Position numbers and translations under genes: made by a program. Of a stretch of DNA of 64,000 nucleotides, positions 28,756 to 38,214 are shown one piece after another. The stretch covers positions 1 through 64,000 of IMG/VR virus record IMGVR_UViG_3300021170_000008; one strand, written 5' to 3'. Position 1 is the first letter of the stretch. Every line of letters starts with the position of its first letter. Below the pieces are notes generated by a model that saw only the letters and a program-made list of their open reading frames with translations, made no database searches and was not told where the DNA came from. Origin of the DNA: a virus.

Positions 28756-29112
28756 ATGACCAACATGGCACACTTTACCAAGGCCGACATCGACGGAATC
28801 TTCCAGGCATTTAGCCACGATGACTACGTCGATGAGCTTAAAAAAGAAGCGAAAGAAATCATGAAGGTCGCCGAAGACAGCGAGCACTTCCGTACCGTGG
28901 TCAATATGTTTTTACAGAAGGCCATGGAGTCGATCACCGCCGGTGGCTTGAAGCCGAAAGTCCTGGGCAATATGGTCCTGGTATCGTTCCTGGTTGGCAT
29001 GAAGTACCAGCAGTCTGTCGGCGGCGTGAGTTCCGATCCAGATATCGATCCAGAACTGCTTAGAAAGATGCTCGAAGGGTACGAAGATCCAGACAACGAT
29101 GCCGAGAAATGA
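28756..29112 (+). CDS. Hypothetical protein
   Basis: ORF. Confidence 0.55.
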   Translation: MTNMAHFTKADIDGIFQAFSHDDYVDELKKEAKEIMKVAEDSEHFRTVVNMFLQKAMESITAGGLKPKVLGNMVLVSFLVGMKYQQSVGGVSSDPDIDPELLRKMLEGYEDPDNDAEK

Positions 29113-29479
29113 TCGAAGCAACGGGCGCTACATCCTGAAGGGAAAGACGCCGGTACCTGAGCCGGACCTGCTCAAATGGGCTCAGTGGTTCGAAGAAGCC
29201 AATAACCGGGTAGTCAAGCAAGACACGATCAACGGATACTTTGTATCTACGGTTTTCCTTGGCCTGGATCACGACTTTGGGTTCGGCGGGGCACCGATAC
29301 TATTCGAAAGCATGGTCTTCGGCGGTCGAACTGAAATCATGGATCGGTATTGCACCTGGGAACAGGCAGAGCGCGGACATAAGCAGATCGTGCGACGTGT
29401 GTCTCGATGGAAAATCAAGGGATCACGCTGCGAGCCAGAGAAAGAGAAACCACCAAAACTGAGGGCAATTGAGTTATGA
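29099..29479 (+). CDS. Conserved phage protein (VSTVFLGLDH...FE.MVFGG...RY.T) with C-terminal KPPKLRAIEL
   Basis: Recognisable motif. Confidence 0.7.
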   Translation: MPRNDRSNGRYILKGKTPVPEPDLLKWAQWFEEANNRVVKQDTINGYFVSTVFLGLDHDFGFGGAPILFESMVFGGRTEIMDRYCTWEQAERGHKQIVRRVSRWKIKGSRCEPEKEKPPKLRAIEL

Positions 29480-30009
29480 GCACACCGATCCTAACGCGAG
29501 CCAAGGGAAAGACAGGACGTGTATGGATAGCCAAGGAAGCCCTGCAAACCCTCTACTATGAACGCAACTTATCCACCGTAGAGATCGCGTCTCTTCTTGG
29601 TGTTTCCAAGAAAACCGTCCGCTTGCGCATGGAAGAATACGAGATGAAGGCTCGCTCTCTACGCGAAGCGTTCTCCGTGTCTACCAAGCATTACGGGAAA
29701 AATCCACGCATTGGCCAAGACTCCACGGCGTGGAAGGGCGGAAGAAAATATCACGCCTGCGGATATATTCAGGTTTTATCTAAAGGACATCCAGAAGCCA
29801 ACGCCGATGGCTATGTTTTTGAGCATCGATTAGTCGCCGAGGGGATGATCGGACGCAGGCTTCTACCTGACGAAGAAGTACACCATATCAACATGGAGCG
29901 AGACGACAACAGGCCGGAGAATATCCTCGTTATGAAAATTTCGGAGCACCGTTCTATGCACATCAAAGCACGCTGGGACGCTGGGCTCATGCCTGGAGCA
30001 AAATTATGA
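29476..30009 (+). CDS. HTH + HNH homing endonuclease
   Basis: WKGG, YV.EHRLV, VHHIN..RDDNRPENI. Confidence 0.85.
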   Translation: MSTPILTRAKGKTGRVWIAKEALQTLYYERNLSTVEIASLLGVSKKTVRLRMEEYEMKARSLREAFSVSTKHYGKNPRIGQDSTAWKGGRKYHACGYIQVLSKGHPEANADGYVFEHRLVAEGMIGRRLLPDEEVHHINMERDDNRPENILVMKISEHRSMHIKARWDAGLMPGAKL

Positions 30010-31454
30010 CAACTGAAGTAACTACCGGGGTTCATGCATTCACGCCAGAACAGGTGGCGTTAATTAAAAGCCAGATCACCCCTGAAGGCACTACCGACGA
30101 TGAACTGGCTATGTTTTTACTGTACTGCACACGTACCGGATTAGATCCATGGGCGCGTCAGATTTACCTGAGTGAGCGCCGGACTAAAAAGGGAGATCGC
30201 TGGATCACGACGCGCAAGCCGGAAACTACTATTGACGGCTTTAGGTTAATCGCTGATCGTACCACTAAATACGCCGGTCAGCTTGGACCCCAGTGGTGTG
30301 GCGAGGATGGTGCCTGGAAAGACGTTTGGACGCCACGGGAGCCGCCGATAGCTGCAAGGGTAGGCGTCCTGCGGCATGACTTCAAGGAGCCATTGTACGC
30401 CGTGGCTCTCTATGACGAGTACGTTCAGAAGAACAGCGAAGGCAGGCCAAATTCGATGTGGCTCAAGATGCCCGCTAATCAGTTGGCCAAATGCAGTGAA
30501 TCGCTCGCTCTGCGTCGTGCATTCCCCCGCGAATTAAGTGGTCTCTATACTCGCGAAGAAATGGCGCAAGATACACCGGACTCGCCTGCGCCAAGTACTG
30601 AGCAATACTTCGTGGAGGAAATCCCGGCTGATTCAGAACCGGTAGTCCAGGTCGTCGATCACATTAACGGGAATCCGACCGACAACACGCTATCCAATTT
30701 GAAGATCGTGCCTCAGTCAGCGAAACCGGAGCCGACCCTCAACGAGCAAGTAGACGCGCACCGGGCTCTGGCTGAGATCGAGGTTAAGCAGATTCGCGAG
30801 GATATCATCAAAACCACCGGCGGCGTGACCAAGCAGATGACCGACGAGTTCTTCTTGGGATGGTTTGGGGCTAAAGACAAGCGCAGTCTGCCTAGGATCG
30901 TTTCGTCTTATCTTGCTCCGCTACAGGCGCTCCAGAAGACTCTTGTAACCGTAGCTGGATCGCATCAGCAACTTTTAGAGAGCCCCCAAGCACTTGGGGC
31001 TAGCGTCAAAAAAGAGTACGACCAAGTTACCGCAGGCGGGACACGAAACCACGCAGCACAAACAACCGAGGCCGTATTTGAACGGACTGAAGTGCTCGAC
31101 GACAAAGACATCTTAGAAGATCCGCTGCTGACGAAGTTTAACTGGAAGAACATCAATACCGCGATCTTCGCCAAGGCCCTGATGGTTAAATGGGGCCACG
31201 ACATGGAGACGTTTGAAAAGCACCTGCGGCTGCTCAAGATTCTGGATCTGCCGGAGCCGGAGATCGTGGCGCTGTGCAAGATGTTATGGCACTCGACAGA
31301 CGCCTACACGATATGGAAGCGCGGCCTGGACAAGAAGATACCGCTGACGGTTTCGCTCATAGCGATAGAAAACGAACTTGGCGAGACTCTCGGAAACGGC
31401 TCCGACTCAGCCAAGGTCGCCAAAGCGATATCCGTAGTAGCTGGAGCGATGTAG
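30006..31454 (+). CDS. bet: Phage recombination protein Bet (single-strand annealing)
   Basis: GLDP..RQIY...TIDGFR.IA...W.KMP..QLAKC.E..ALRRAFP.ELSGLY..EEM. Confidence 0.9.
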   Translation: MTTEVTTGVHAFTPEQVALIKSQITPEGTTDDELAMFLLYCTRTGLDPWARQIYLSERRTKKGDRWITTRKPETTIDGFRLIADRTTKYAGQLGPQWCGEDGAWKDVWTPREPPIAARVGVLRHDFKEPLYAVALYDEYVQKNSEGRPNSMWLKMPANQLAKCSESLALRRAFPRELSGLYTREEMAQDTPDSPAPSTEQYFVEEIPADSEPVVQVVDHINGNPTDNTLSNLKIVPQSAKPEPTLNEQVDAHRALAEIEVKQIREDIIKTTGGVTKQMTDEFFLGWFGAKDKRSLPRIVSSYLAPLQALQKTLVTVAGSHQQLLESPQALGASVKKEYDQVTAGGTRNHAAQTTEAVFERTEVLDDKDILEDPLLTKFNWKNINTAIFAKALMVKWGHDMETFEKHLRLLKILDLPEPEIVALCKMLWHSTDAYTIWKRGLDKKIPLTVSLIAIENELGETLGNGSDSAKVAKAISVVAGAM

Positions 31455-31479
31455 ATAGAAAGAAAGGGATAACTGATAA

Positions 31480-31941
31480 ATGAGGAATAGTGAAGTTATG
31501 ACTGGATTAGACATACTCGAAGAGCTTGAAATGGAACTGGCGCAGGTCAGCGATGATCAAGTAGCGTTTCGCGCTACCAAGTTCGACAAGGTCGAAAAGG
31601 GCGAAACCGTCGTCGGTACGGTCCAAAACGATACGCTCAAAAAGCTGTGGTGCTTGATGGCGATTCTGGGCGCTCGCGGGGTCAAGGGCAAGGCCGACAT
31701 CGAGACGGCTACTTCGGAATCCGAAGAGAAAGACAAGCTGTCTGCGGCTGCTCGTGATATGTGCTTGGCGAAGATCGCAAAGTTCCTGTTCTGGGCGCAG
31801 CTTCGGCGCGAGTTCGATATTTTCGCCGCAGACAATATCGGCGTTCGCTCCAACTGGCAGGTCATTACCTCCAAAGAAAAAGATCAGCACCCGCTGGTCG
31901 GTCTGCTCGGCGGGATCTTGGGCCAGGGAGGGGACGATTGA
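31480..31941 (+). CDS. Hypothetical protein
   Basis: ORF. Confidence 0.6.
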   Translation: MRNSEVMTGLDILEELEMELAQVSDDQVAFRATKFDKVEKGETVVGTVQNDTLKKLWCLMAILGARGVKGKADIETATSESEEKDKLSAAARDMCLAKIAKFLFWAQLRREFDIFAADNIGVRSNWQVITSKEKDQHPLVGLLGGILGQGGDD

Positions 31942-32068
31942 ATCCACTAACCCCGGAGCAGTGTGATTACCTCTACGAAGTGCTACTCGGCTTTCTCTTG
32001 CCGCCAGAAACAGCAAGATCGATTGTTCAGGCGATGGCGAATAAGTTCGGTATGCACGAAGTCGAGAT

Positions 32069-32638
32069 ATGAACCTTACGTTTGATCCAGTGTCGCACAC
32101 GTACCGGCTGGACGGGGTAGAGATACCATCGGTTACGACCGTGCTGGACTGGGCGGGGTTTTCTCCGCCCTATCCTGCGACTGGAGACTATAAGGCCAGA
32201 GGCACAGCAGTCCATACTGCTTGCTTGTACTACGACCAAGGTAAAAGGTTTAGAGTTGATCCGCGTATTGATGGATACTTGGCTAGTTACGAGATCTTCA
32301 GAAAAGACTTCCCGATGAAGTGGGACCTAATGGAGATCCAGGCATTTCATCCGGTTCTGGTATACGCAGGTACGTTGGATCGTGGCTATCTAGGCAGGCA
32401 CAGGGGAAATATGTTGATCGTGGACATCAAAACCGGAGAACCACCAAAGAAACGATTGGGGCTCCAAACAGCGGCTTACGCGATGCTCCACGCCAATCCT
32501 CCGCGATCAGCCGAACGTATGGGCGTTCAGTTGGACAAAGACGGCGGGAGATATAAGCTGCATGAATGTTCGGACCCGGCTGATTTCGATGTCTGGGTCG
32601 GACTGGTACACAGATGGCATTGGGAAAGGAAAAGATGA
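32069..32638 (+). CDS. PD-(D/E)XK (Cas4-like) exonuclease
   Basis: PSVTTVL, RGTAVH, YAGTLD, IVDIKTG, LQTAAY. Confidence 0.85.
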   Translation: MNLTFDPVSHTYRLDGVEIPSVTTVLDWAGFSPPYPATGDYKARGTAVHTACLYYDQGKRFRVDPRIDGYLASYEIFRKDFPMKWDLMEIQAFHPVLVYAGTLDRGYLGRHRGNMLIVDIKTGEPPKKRLGLQTAAYAMLHANPPRSAERMGVQLDKDGGRYKLHECSDPADFDVWVGLVHRWHWERKR

Positions 32639-32994
32639 ACACTGTAAAAGTAAACCGCGAAGAGCTTCTGACGACCGTCAAGGCTAACTTCGACAAGCAC
32701 AAAGAGATCGTTACCGAGGCTTTCGCTAAGTATCGAGAGCTTGCGGTAGCTGAACTGGATGCGATGATCGCAGAAGCCAAAGCAGGCAAGCGCATCCGCA
32801 GACAGGTGTCTCTTGTCGAGCCGATTGACCAGAGCGCTGAATATCTGACTGCGATCAGAAAGCTCGAAATGTCGGTAGATCCCGTTATCGAGATCGACGA
32901 CGAAGACTTCCGGCACCTAGTCATGGACGAGTGGCGCTGGAAAGGGCAGTTCATGGCGTCCAACAGAACTTACACAACAAAGGCGGATCAGTAA
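32635..32994 (+). CDS. Conserved phage hypothetical protein
   Basis: Coupled start MNTVKV; Y..AI..LEMSVD...V.DEW.W. Confidence 0.65.
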   Translation: MNTVKVNREELLTTVKANFDKHKEIVTEAFAKYRELAVAELDAMIAEAKAGKRIRRQVSLVEPIDQSAEYLTAIRKLEMSVDPVIEIDDEDFRHLVMDEWRWKGQFMASNRTYTTKADQ

Positions 32995-32995
32995 A

Positions 32996-33451
32996 ATGAA
33001 GAAAATCAAAAAGCAGCAGAGCACGGCGCTCGGGATCGTCAGGAGATACTTCCCGAACGTCAGGAAAGTAGTTGACGCCAAAACAGCGATGAATGTCACG
33101 GTCAGCAAAAGAGACGCTGATAGCGCTAGCGCGAAGATGCCGGATGAGTGTGCCGTCGCCAAAGCTATGCAGCGACATCACACTGGCGCAATTATCTCCA
33201 AATCGACTTCGTATGTCATTGACGGGGATGTAGCGACTCGCTTCAAAACTCCCGAGAGCGTCACCAGGGAGATAGTCTCGTTCGACAGAAACAAAGTATT
33301 CGAGCCTGGAGAGTATACACTACGGGCACCGTCGAGCCACGAGCGCCTGGGGCCGAGAGACCGGCCACAATACAGTAAGAGTAGGACAACTGACACACCT
33401 CATCGGGCCTATCACGCAACAAAAGGCGTTAGATCCCTCAAGAGAAAGTGA
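32996..33451 (+). CDS. Hypothetical basic protein
   Basis: ORF. Confidence 0.6.
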   Translation: MKKIKKQQSTALGIVRRYFPNVRKVVDAKTAMNVTVSKRDADSASAKMPDECAVAKAMQRHHTGAIISKSTSYVIDGDVATRFKTPESVTREIVSFDRNKVFEPGEYTLRAPSSHERLGPRDRPQYSKSRTTDTPHRAYHATKGVRSLKRK

Positions 33452-33454
33452 TCA

Positions 33455-33697
33455 GTGACACAATCGCAACTACAATTCGTCTACGAGCTTTCGCTCTGGT
33501 TCAAGGAACATGCCATGTCAGGAAAGTCGATTACGCCTGACGCTATCTCATGGCGAGACGCATCCAATACTTTGAAGCAGATTTTGGAAGAGACGCCGAT
33601 GTCTACGCCTGTGCGCCGTAAAAAGATTAACGCGCAGGCGGCGGCTGAAGCAGCCAGGGACGACAAACCCCCGAAGTTGAGGGCGATAGAGCTATGA
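33455..33697 (+). CDS. Hypothetical protein with C-terminal KPPKLRAIEL
   Basis: ORF; shared peptide. Confidence 0.6.
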   Translation: MTQSQLQFVYELSLWFKEHAMSGKSITPDAISWRDASNTLKQILEETPMSTPVRRKKINAQAAAEAARDDKPPKLRAIEL

Positions 33698-34065
33698 AGA
33701 AAGGCAGATACATGATACAGTGCGCGTGCGGCAAGATACACGAAGTCCAAGCTGAATGTTTTCAGCCTAAGAAAGTTCTAGCAACGGTTCAGTACAAAGA
33801 CTGGGGCTTTGAAGTTTCGGAGGATCAGTCCTGGTTCCAGGTTCGCATTAACGACGAGCACAAGGGCCGTAAGTGGAAGCTCTCTCCGCACATGACCAAG
33901 TCCGAGATCGTCCAGACGGCGTTTCTGGCCGTTCTGACTGCCGAAGAGCATGAGACTCGCGAGCAGTTTAAGTATCGCGGCTATGCTATCTTCGGGCCAC
34001 ACTTCAACGTGGATCGCTTGGCGGATCTCATTCACCAGGGCGGAGCGCACCAGATCAGGGACTAA
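33694..34065 (+). CDS. Conserved phage protein (GRKW.LSPHMTKSEIVQTAF.A...EEHE.RE)
   Basis: Recognisable motif; coupled. Confidence 0.7.
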   Translation: MKKGRYMIQCACGKIHEVQAECFQPKKVLATVQYKDWGFEVSEDQSWFQVRINDEHKGRKWKLSPHMTKSEIVQTAFLAVLTAEEHETREQFKYRGYAIFGPHFNVDRLADLIHQGGAHQIRD

Positions 34066-34070
34066 CCTAT

Positions 34071-34271
34071 ATGGACTTCATCGCCGTAACATCGTCAAAC
34101 ATCCAGGCATACGCAGTGGACGGCAGTACTTTGTATTTGCAATTCAAAGGGGGCGAAACTTACGCCTACCACCTACTGCCAGACACAGTGACCCAGGGAT
34201 TCGCGGATGCAAGTAGCAAGGGCGAGTTCTTCCATGGCCAGATCCGGCCATTCTACAAGGGGATAAAGTGA
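34071..34271 (+). CDS. KTSC domain protein
   Basis: V.SSNI......L.LQFK.G..Y.Y......ASSKG.FF...IR. Confidence 0.85.
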   Translation: MDFIAVTSSNIQAYAVDGSTLYLQFKGGETYAYHLLPDTVTQGFADASSKGEFFHGQIRPFYKGIK

Positions 34272-34589
34272 ATGGACTCCAATTTCAAGTACATGATCGT
34301 ATGCCTTGCGGGGCCTGCAATCGATAAAATGGATTCCTTTTGGAGCAACAAACTTCAGTATCGTGACTTTAACGGAGCGTGGACGCTACGCAAGCGCGAC
34401 GCCGCGACGTTTACAGCCACGGAAGCTGAGGAAGAGATGAATAAAGTATCAACGCAGACAAACTCTGATTACTTCGTCTATCTCGTCAGGCTCCCGAAGG
34501 GAGTCCCCTATCTGAGAATGTTAGGGGAGGGCGACGAGCATAGACCAGAGAAGCAGGCTGCCGAGAAGCTGCGAGCAATTGAATTATGA
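34272..34589 (+). CDS. Hypothetical protein with C-terminal EKLRAIEL
   Basis: ORF; shared peptide. Confidence 0.6.
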   Translation: MDSNFKYMIVCLAGPAIDKMDSFWSNKLQYRDFNGAWTLRKRDAATFTATEAEEEMNKVSTQTNSDYFVYLVRLPKGVPYLRMLGEGDEHRPEKQAAEKLRAIEL

Positions 34590-34951
34590 AGAAGCTAACC
34601 AAGAAACAGGCCAAAGAGGCTATTATCCAGGCTGTTGATGCCGGGCGTGTAAAGTTCTCCCACCCTGACGCGACCAAGATGCTCAGCGGGCCCGCGGTCG
34701 ATCCCAAAACAACCGAGTTCGACTACTTGGAATCTGAAATGATCGCGCCATTCAATCCGACCGAAGAAGACCGTAAGGCGTGGCAACATGACGGCGGGAT
34801 TCATTTTCGGTGGGGCCTGAAGGGTTTTGGGTTCGGCGAGGCCAGTATCGTGTCCCGTAATGGGAAGTGGGTCGCAGATACCGAGCACCTAGGTCGGGAC
34901 TTTTTGATCAAAATCCTGACTCGCTGGGCCAAGCAGATGAAAATCCGATGA
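34586..34951 (+). CDS. Hypothetical protein
   Basis: ATGA-coupled. Confidence 0.6.
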   Translation: MKKLTKKQAKEAIIQAVDAGRVKFSHPDATKMLSGPAVDPKTTEFDYLESEMIAPFNPTEEDRKAWQHDGGIHFRWGLKGFGFGEASIVSRNGKWVADTEHLGRDFLIKILTRWAKQMKIR

Positions 34952-35652
34952 GCGACACGACAATCTCTACTCCTGACACGTCAGAGCTACAGCCGCGCAT
35001 CTTAGCGCTTGAAGAGCTTCGTAACCTGAAGATCACCGACGCCGCTACGCTCCAGGCAGCCAAAGATGGCATAGACGCCTGCGCCGAGCTTCAGAAGCAT
35101 GAGACGCTCACTAAAATCTCCACAGCCTGCGCGGAAGCCAACTCACTCCATAAAACGCTCACAGCACTTAGAGATAGTTTTCTGGACCCAATCGAAAGTA
35201 TTTCTCGATACTTACGCGGGACTGTGGCGAGGTATTTAGAAGATCAAGAGCGCCTAGCCCTAGAGCGGCATCTTCAGGAACAGGCCGAGTTGGCTGATAA
35301 ACAAGCTGAGGAAGAGCGTGACCCGTGGGAACAGGCTCCAGAGCCTTCGTCGGTCAAAGTGTCTCTGGCTCCGTCTAAACCACTAGTAACCGGGTTGTCT
35401 CTTCGAAAGCTCCCCAAGAAAGCCGAGATTGTCGGCTATGCCGAGAAGGGTGTATTCTCGGAGGGCTTCAAGTTACTCGTATTGGCGGCGGCGGAGAAGC
35501 TCAAGCAGGGCGACGATTCTATGCTCGTGTTCCTAGAACCAAACGGAGTAGCTTTAACCGCTAGAGCCCGCGAGTGGGGCAAGAAGATATTCGAGGAACG
35601 TATCCCCGGCGTGGTCGTGATCGACGACAAGAAAACGGTGTCCAGGCGATGA
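34948..35652 (+). CDS. Coiled-coil phage protein (IPGV C-terminal motif)
   Basis: Coupled start MSDTT at 34948. Confidence 0.65.
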   Translation: MSDTTISTPDTSELQPRILALEELRNLKITDAATLQAAKDGIDACAELQKHETLTKISTACAEANSLHKTLTALRDSFLDPIESISRYLRGTVARYLEDQERLALERHLQEQAELADKQAEEERDPWEQAPEPSSVKVSLAPSKPLVTGLSLRKLPKKAEIVGYAEKGVFSEGFKLLVLAAAEKLKQGDDSMLVFLEPNGVALTARAREWGKKIFEERIPGVVVIDDKKTVSRR

Positions 35653-35936
35653 GATGCGAAGTCCAATGGGCGCTAGAAAAAGGGGCCAACTGGGACGGGG
35701 GACAGTGTATGAATCCGGCGACCAGAAGAGCTATCGCCACAGACTCGCATTGTATTTTCCGTGTATGTGAAGCTCACGCCAGAGATGTGGCCACGCTAAC
35801 ATGGGGCGGGCGTCTCGGTGAAGTCACCAAAATGCTCCCGACCGATCCCCTTTGGGTTATATGGCCACCACTTGGATGGCATAACGACGAGGAAGAAGTT
35901 CAGGAACGGAAGCGCTTGCGGGCAATCGAGCTATGA
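35649..35936 (+). CDS. Hypothetical protein with C-terminal KRLRAIEL
   Basis: Coupled start MRCEVQ. Confidence 0.6.
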   Translation: MRCEVQWALEKGANWDGGQCMNPATRRAIATDSHCIFRVCEAHARDVATLTWGGRLGEVTKMLPTDPLWVIWPPLGWHNDEEEVQERKRLRAIEL

Positions 35937-36148
35937 AGCTAACCTGGGATGACTTCGAGATGATCATCTGCCCGAAGTGCTCCATCCACTTCGCGGTGAC
36001 TACAACTCTTAGCAAACTTCGCCGGAAAGACCAGCAGCCATTCTACTGTCCAATTGGACACGGAATGCACTGGCCGGAGGAAAAAGATCCCCCACCAACT
36101 GAAGACAAGGAGCTTAAAGAACTTCGCAGGATGATTGATCTACCATGA
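35933..36148 (+). CDS. Small Zn-binding protein (CPKC...FYCPIGH)
   Basis: Coupled ORF. Confidence 0.6.
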   Translation: MKLTWDDFEMIICPKCSIHFAVTTTLSKLRRKDQQPFYCPIGHGMHWPEEKDPPPTEDKELKELRRMIDLP

Positions 36149-36438
36149 CAGAGCAAGAGCAGAAAGAAAACGGCTTCGTGTACTACCGCGAAGTGAGCCA
36201 CGGGAAGTATCTAGCGGTGGTCCCACGTCCGTTTAATTCGATCTTGGTCATCGGAGACGCGGATAATTCGCGCTATTACGATACCCACTACTGTTACACC
36301 ACTCCAGGCGAAGCCATAATAGCGGCTGAAGACTGGGACCCAGCACAACATAAAGAGCCTGACGGGTGGTTCCGACACGCCGACACAGGGAGACGCAGGC
36401 CAGACGGAGACCGAACGAAAGAGTATATTGCGCCATGA
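36145..36438 (+). CDS. Conserved phage protein (EP.GW.RH..TGRRRP.G)
   Basis: Coupled ORF. Confidence 0.65.
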   Translation: MTEQEQKENGFVYYREVSHGKYLAVVPRPFNSILVIGDADNSRYYDTHYCYTTPGEAIIAAEDWDPAQHKEPDGWFRHADTGRRRPDGDRTKEYIAP

Positions 36439-36679
36439 ACGATATCACCCCAGTTAAACTGCCCCAAATGCAACAAGCTGCTCGAAGCGGCTTCGCATAT
36501 GACCGACGATGTCAGGCCCAGCGAGGGAGACTTTACGCTTTGTATTGGATGCGGTACGGTTTTAGTGTTTGGGGAGAATCTAATCGCGAGATTACCCAAA
36601 GATCACGAGTTAAAAGACTTGCCGAATCACCCTGAGCTATGCCGCGAGATCGCACGGATAAGATCCGCGATCTTGTGGG

Positions 36680-36994
36680 TTAGTCCCCGTCCCAGAAGTA
36701 GCTCGGCTGGTAGATCCCGGCTTGTCTTGTCGTCAACTGATACCACCCCAGATCGTGCCGGTAATGGCGCTTCGCTAGATTTCGAGCAGCGAAATGCGTG
36801 AAGCGGATCGCCCACGGCAAAATATCCCTGTCGGAATCGTATGATGCCGACTTCAGATGCATATTGAGCATAGCTGCGCCGACGGCGTCTTCTGCGTCTT
36901 CGTAATTTCTCAATACTCGATACGCTACTTCATGGAGCTTGTTGTATTGCGAGTACGCACGCTCAAGTACTTCACACCCAGATATGTTGGACAT
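36680..36994 (-). CDS. ECF-type sigma factor fragment, region 2 only
   Basis: AYRVLRNYEDAEDAV...YDSDR...PWAIR...AARN; own promoter TTGACA-N17-CAGAAT. Confidence 0.6.
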   Translation of the reverse strand: MSNISGCEVLERAYSQYNKLHEVAYRVLRNYEDAEDAVGAAMLNMHLKSASYDSDRDILPWAIRFTHFAARNLAKRHYRHDLGWYQLTTRQAGIYQPSYFWDGD

Positions 36995-37034
36995 AGTGGC
37001 GGGAAACTCATTCTGCCACTACGCATGAAGTGTG

Positions 37035-37826
37035 TCAATTAGATTTTGCGGCTATTTCGCGGAGCTTCCGTAGCTCTTTTTTGTTGGCCTGTTTGATCTT
37101 AGTGAAAACCTGCGTGCCGCTTCTGCGACCACCGGAAACATTCGGCCACTCCGGATCAGGATAAGTATATCGGCGCCAGCGCTCGCCGGTCTGCTCTACG
37201 CCGTAAAAAGGAACTTCCCTATAGGTCCCGATGTACCAGACTCCCCTGATGCTTACAAACCACCTATCTCCGTCCGGAAATCTGTCCCCTTGCCTGCGTA
37301 CTACCGGAGGCTCTACCTTCACGTTACGATAGAGCAAATACCGTGGAAATTTGACTAGCTTAGTGCAGGCGCGAAGTGCTCGCGTCTCTGGCTCAACGTA
37401 GAATTCAGGGTAATTTGGGCTGCCGGATACCGGCCCAGGCCCGTATTTGTCAAAGTACCAAACATTCCCATCGATGCCGCGATAGGTGTTAATTTTTACA
37501 TCAACGTGCTGAGTGAGGATGTGCCGTACCGGCCACGTTCCCTGCCCGAGATTGCGGCTCAACTCGCTGAAGACATCATCCCATGGACGACCGCAGGAAT
37601 TTAGTAGGTATCCCTGGATCGGGCCAAGAACGTCAGTGAAGTCCTTGTCTCCGATCTTTTTGTGATAACCTTCCTGCTTTCTCGATACCGGCAGACGAGT
37701 GAGACCATCATAATCCAGGCCGTCTTCCGTATCTACAATTTTCCCGTACCACCGAGCCTTTGCGCTTGGGTTGGACGACCCACGGCGCGGGCGCTCTGTA
37801 ACGCACTTTGCCATATCCGAACGCAT
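37035..37826 (-). CDS. Conserved hypothetical protein (MR.DM.K...ERPR...L.P...YL....GRPWD.V.SE)
   Basis: Strong SD AGGAGG; recognisable family motif. Confidence 0.7.
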   Translation of the reverse strand: MRSDMAKCVTERPRRGSSNPSAKARWYGKIVDTEDGLDYDGLTRLPVSRKQEGYHKKIGDKDFTDVLGPIQGYLLNSCGRPWDDVFSELSRNLGQGTWPVRHILTQHVDVKINTYRGIDGNVWYFDKYGPGPVSGSPNYPEFYVEPETRALRACTKLVKFPRYLLYRNVKVEPPVVRRQGDRFPDGDRWFVSIRGVWYIGTYREVPFYGVEQTGERWRRYTYPDPEWPNVSGGRRSGTQVFTKIKQANKKELRKLREIAAKSN

Positions 37827-37848
37827 GTTTCGCCCCTCCTAAGGGCTG

Positions 37849-37866
37849 CTACGTGTTATCTGGCAT
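37849..37866 (-). promoter_or_regulatory. Putative leader peptide MPDNT*
   Basis: SD AGGAG + ATG CCA GAT AAC ACG TAG upstream of 37826 gene. Confidence 0.45.
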
Positions 37867-38214
37867 GGCTTTTCTCCTGTTATTAAAAGTTTGGGGCCGG
37901 ATTGTGTCCAAGCAACCGGCCCCGACGTGCAGAGTGTAATGAGTCTACGATACTACTTGCGCTTATTATTGCGCGACGGGAAGTATTTGTCAATACAAAA
38001 ATAGTGAAAAAATTTGCCTGCGCCGCGTATTGCTTTCGACCGGCAGGCGGGTGTACACTGCTTGAGTCCTGCAATAAAAAGCGCCGAACCACTCATCATG
38101 GCCCGGCGCGGATTTCGCTGGAGTCTGTACCTCCAGGAATGTGTCCCGATCAAAAGGGTACCATAGCCTGCCCGGCGTAGTCAAGACTTTCCTGCTGGAC
38201 GGAAAGGTTGACCG

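Noticed and set aside
29455-29479. LRAIEL tail as merely a Shine-Dalgarno by-product
   Set aside because: Copies at 34589 and 35936 lack a good SD yet keep the peptide through synonymous changes; variants at 24015, 24553 and 27717 have no ATGA overlap.
37990-38200. Possible structured ncRNA in the divergent intergenic region
   Set aside because: Only short imperfect GC repeats and hairpins plus promoter-like sites; no recognisable family or repeated architecture.
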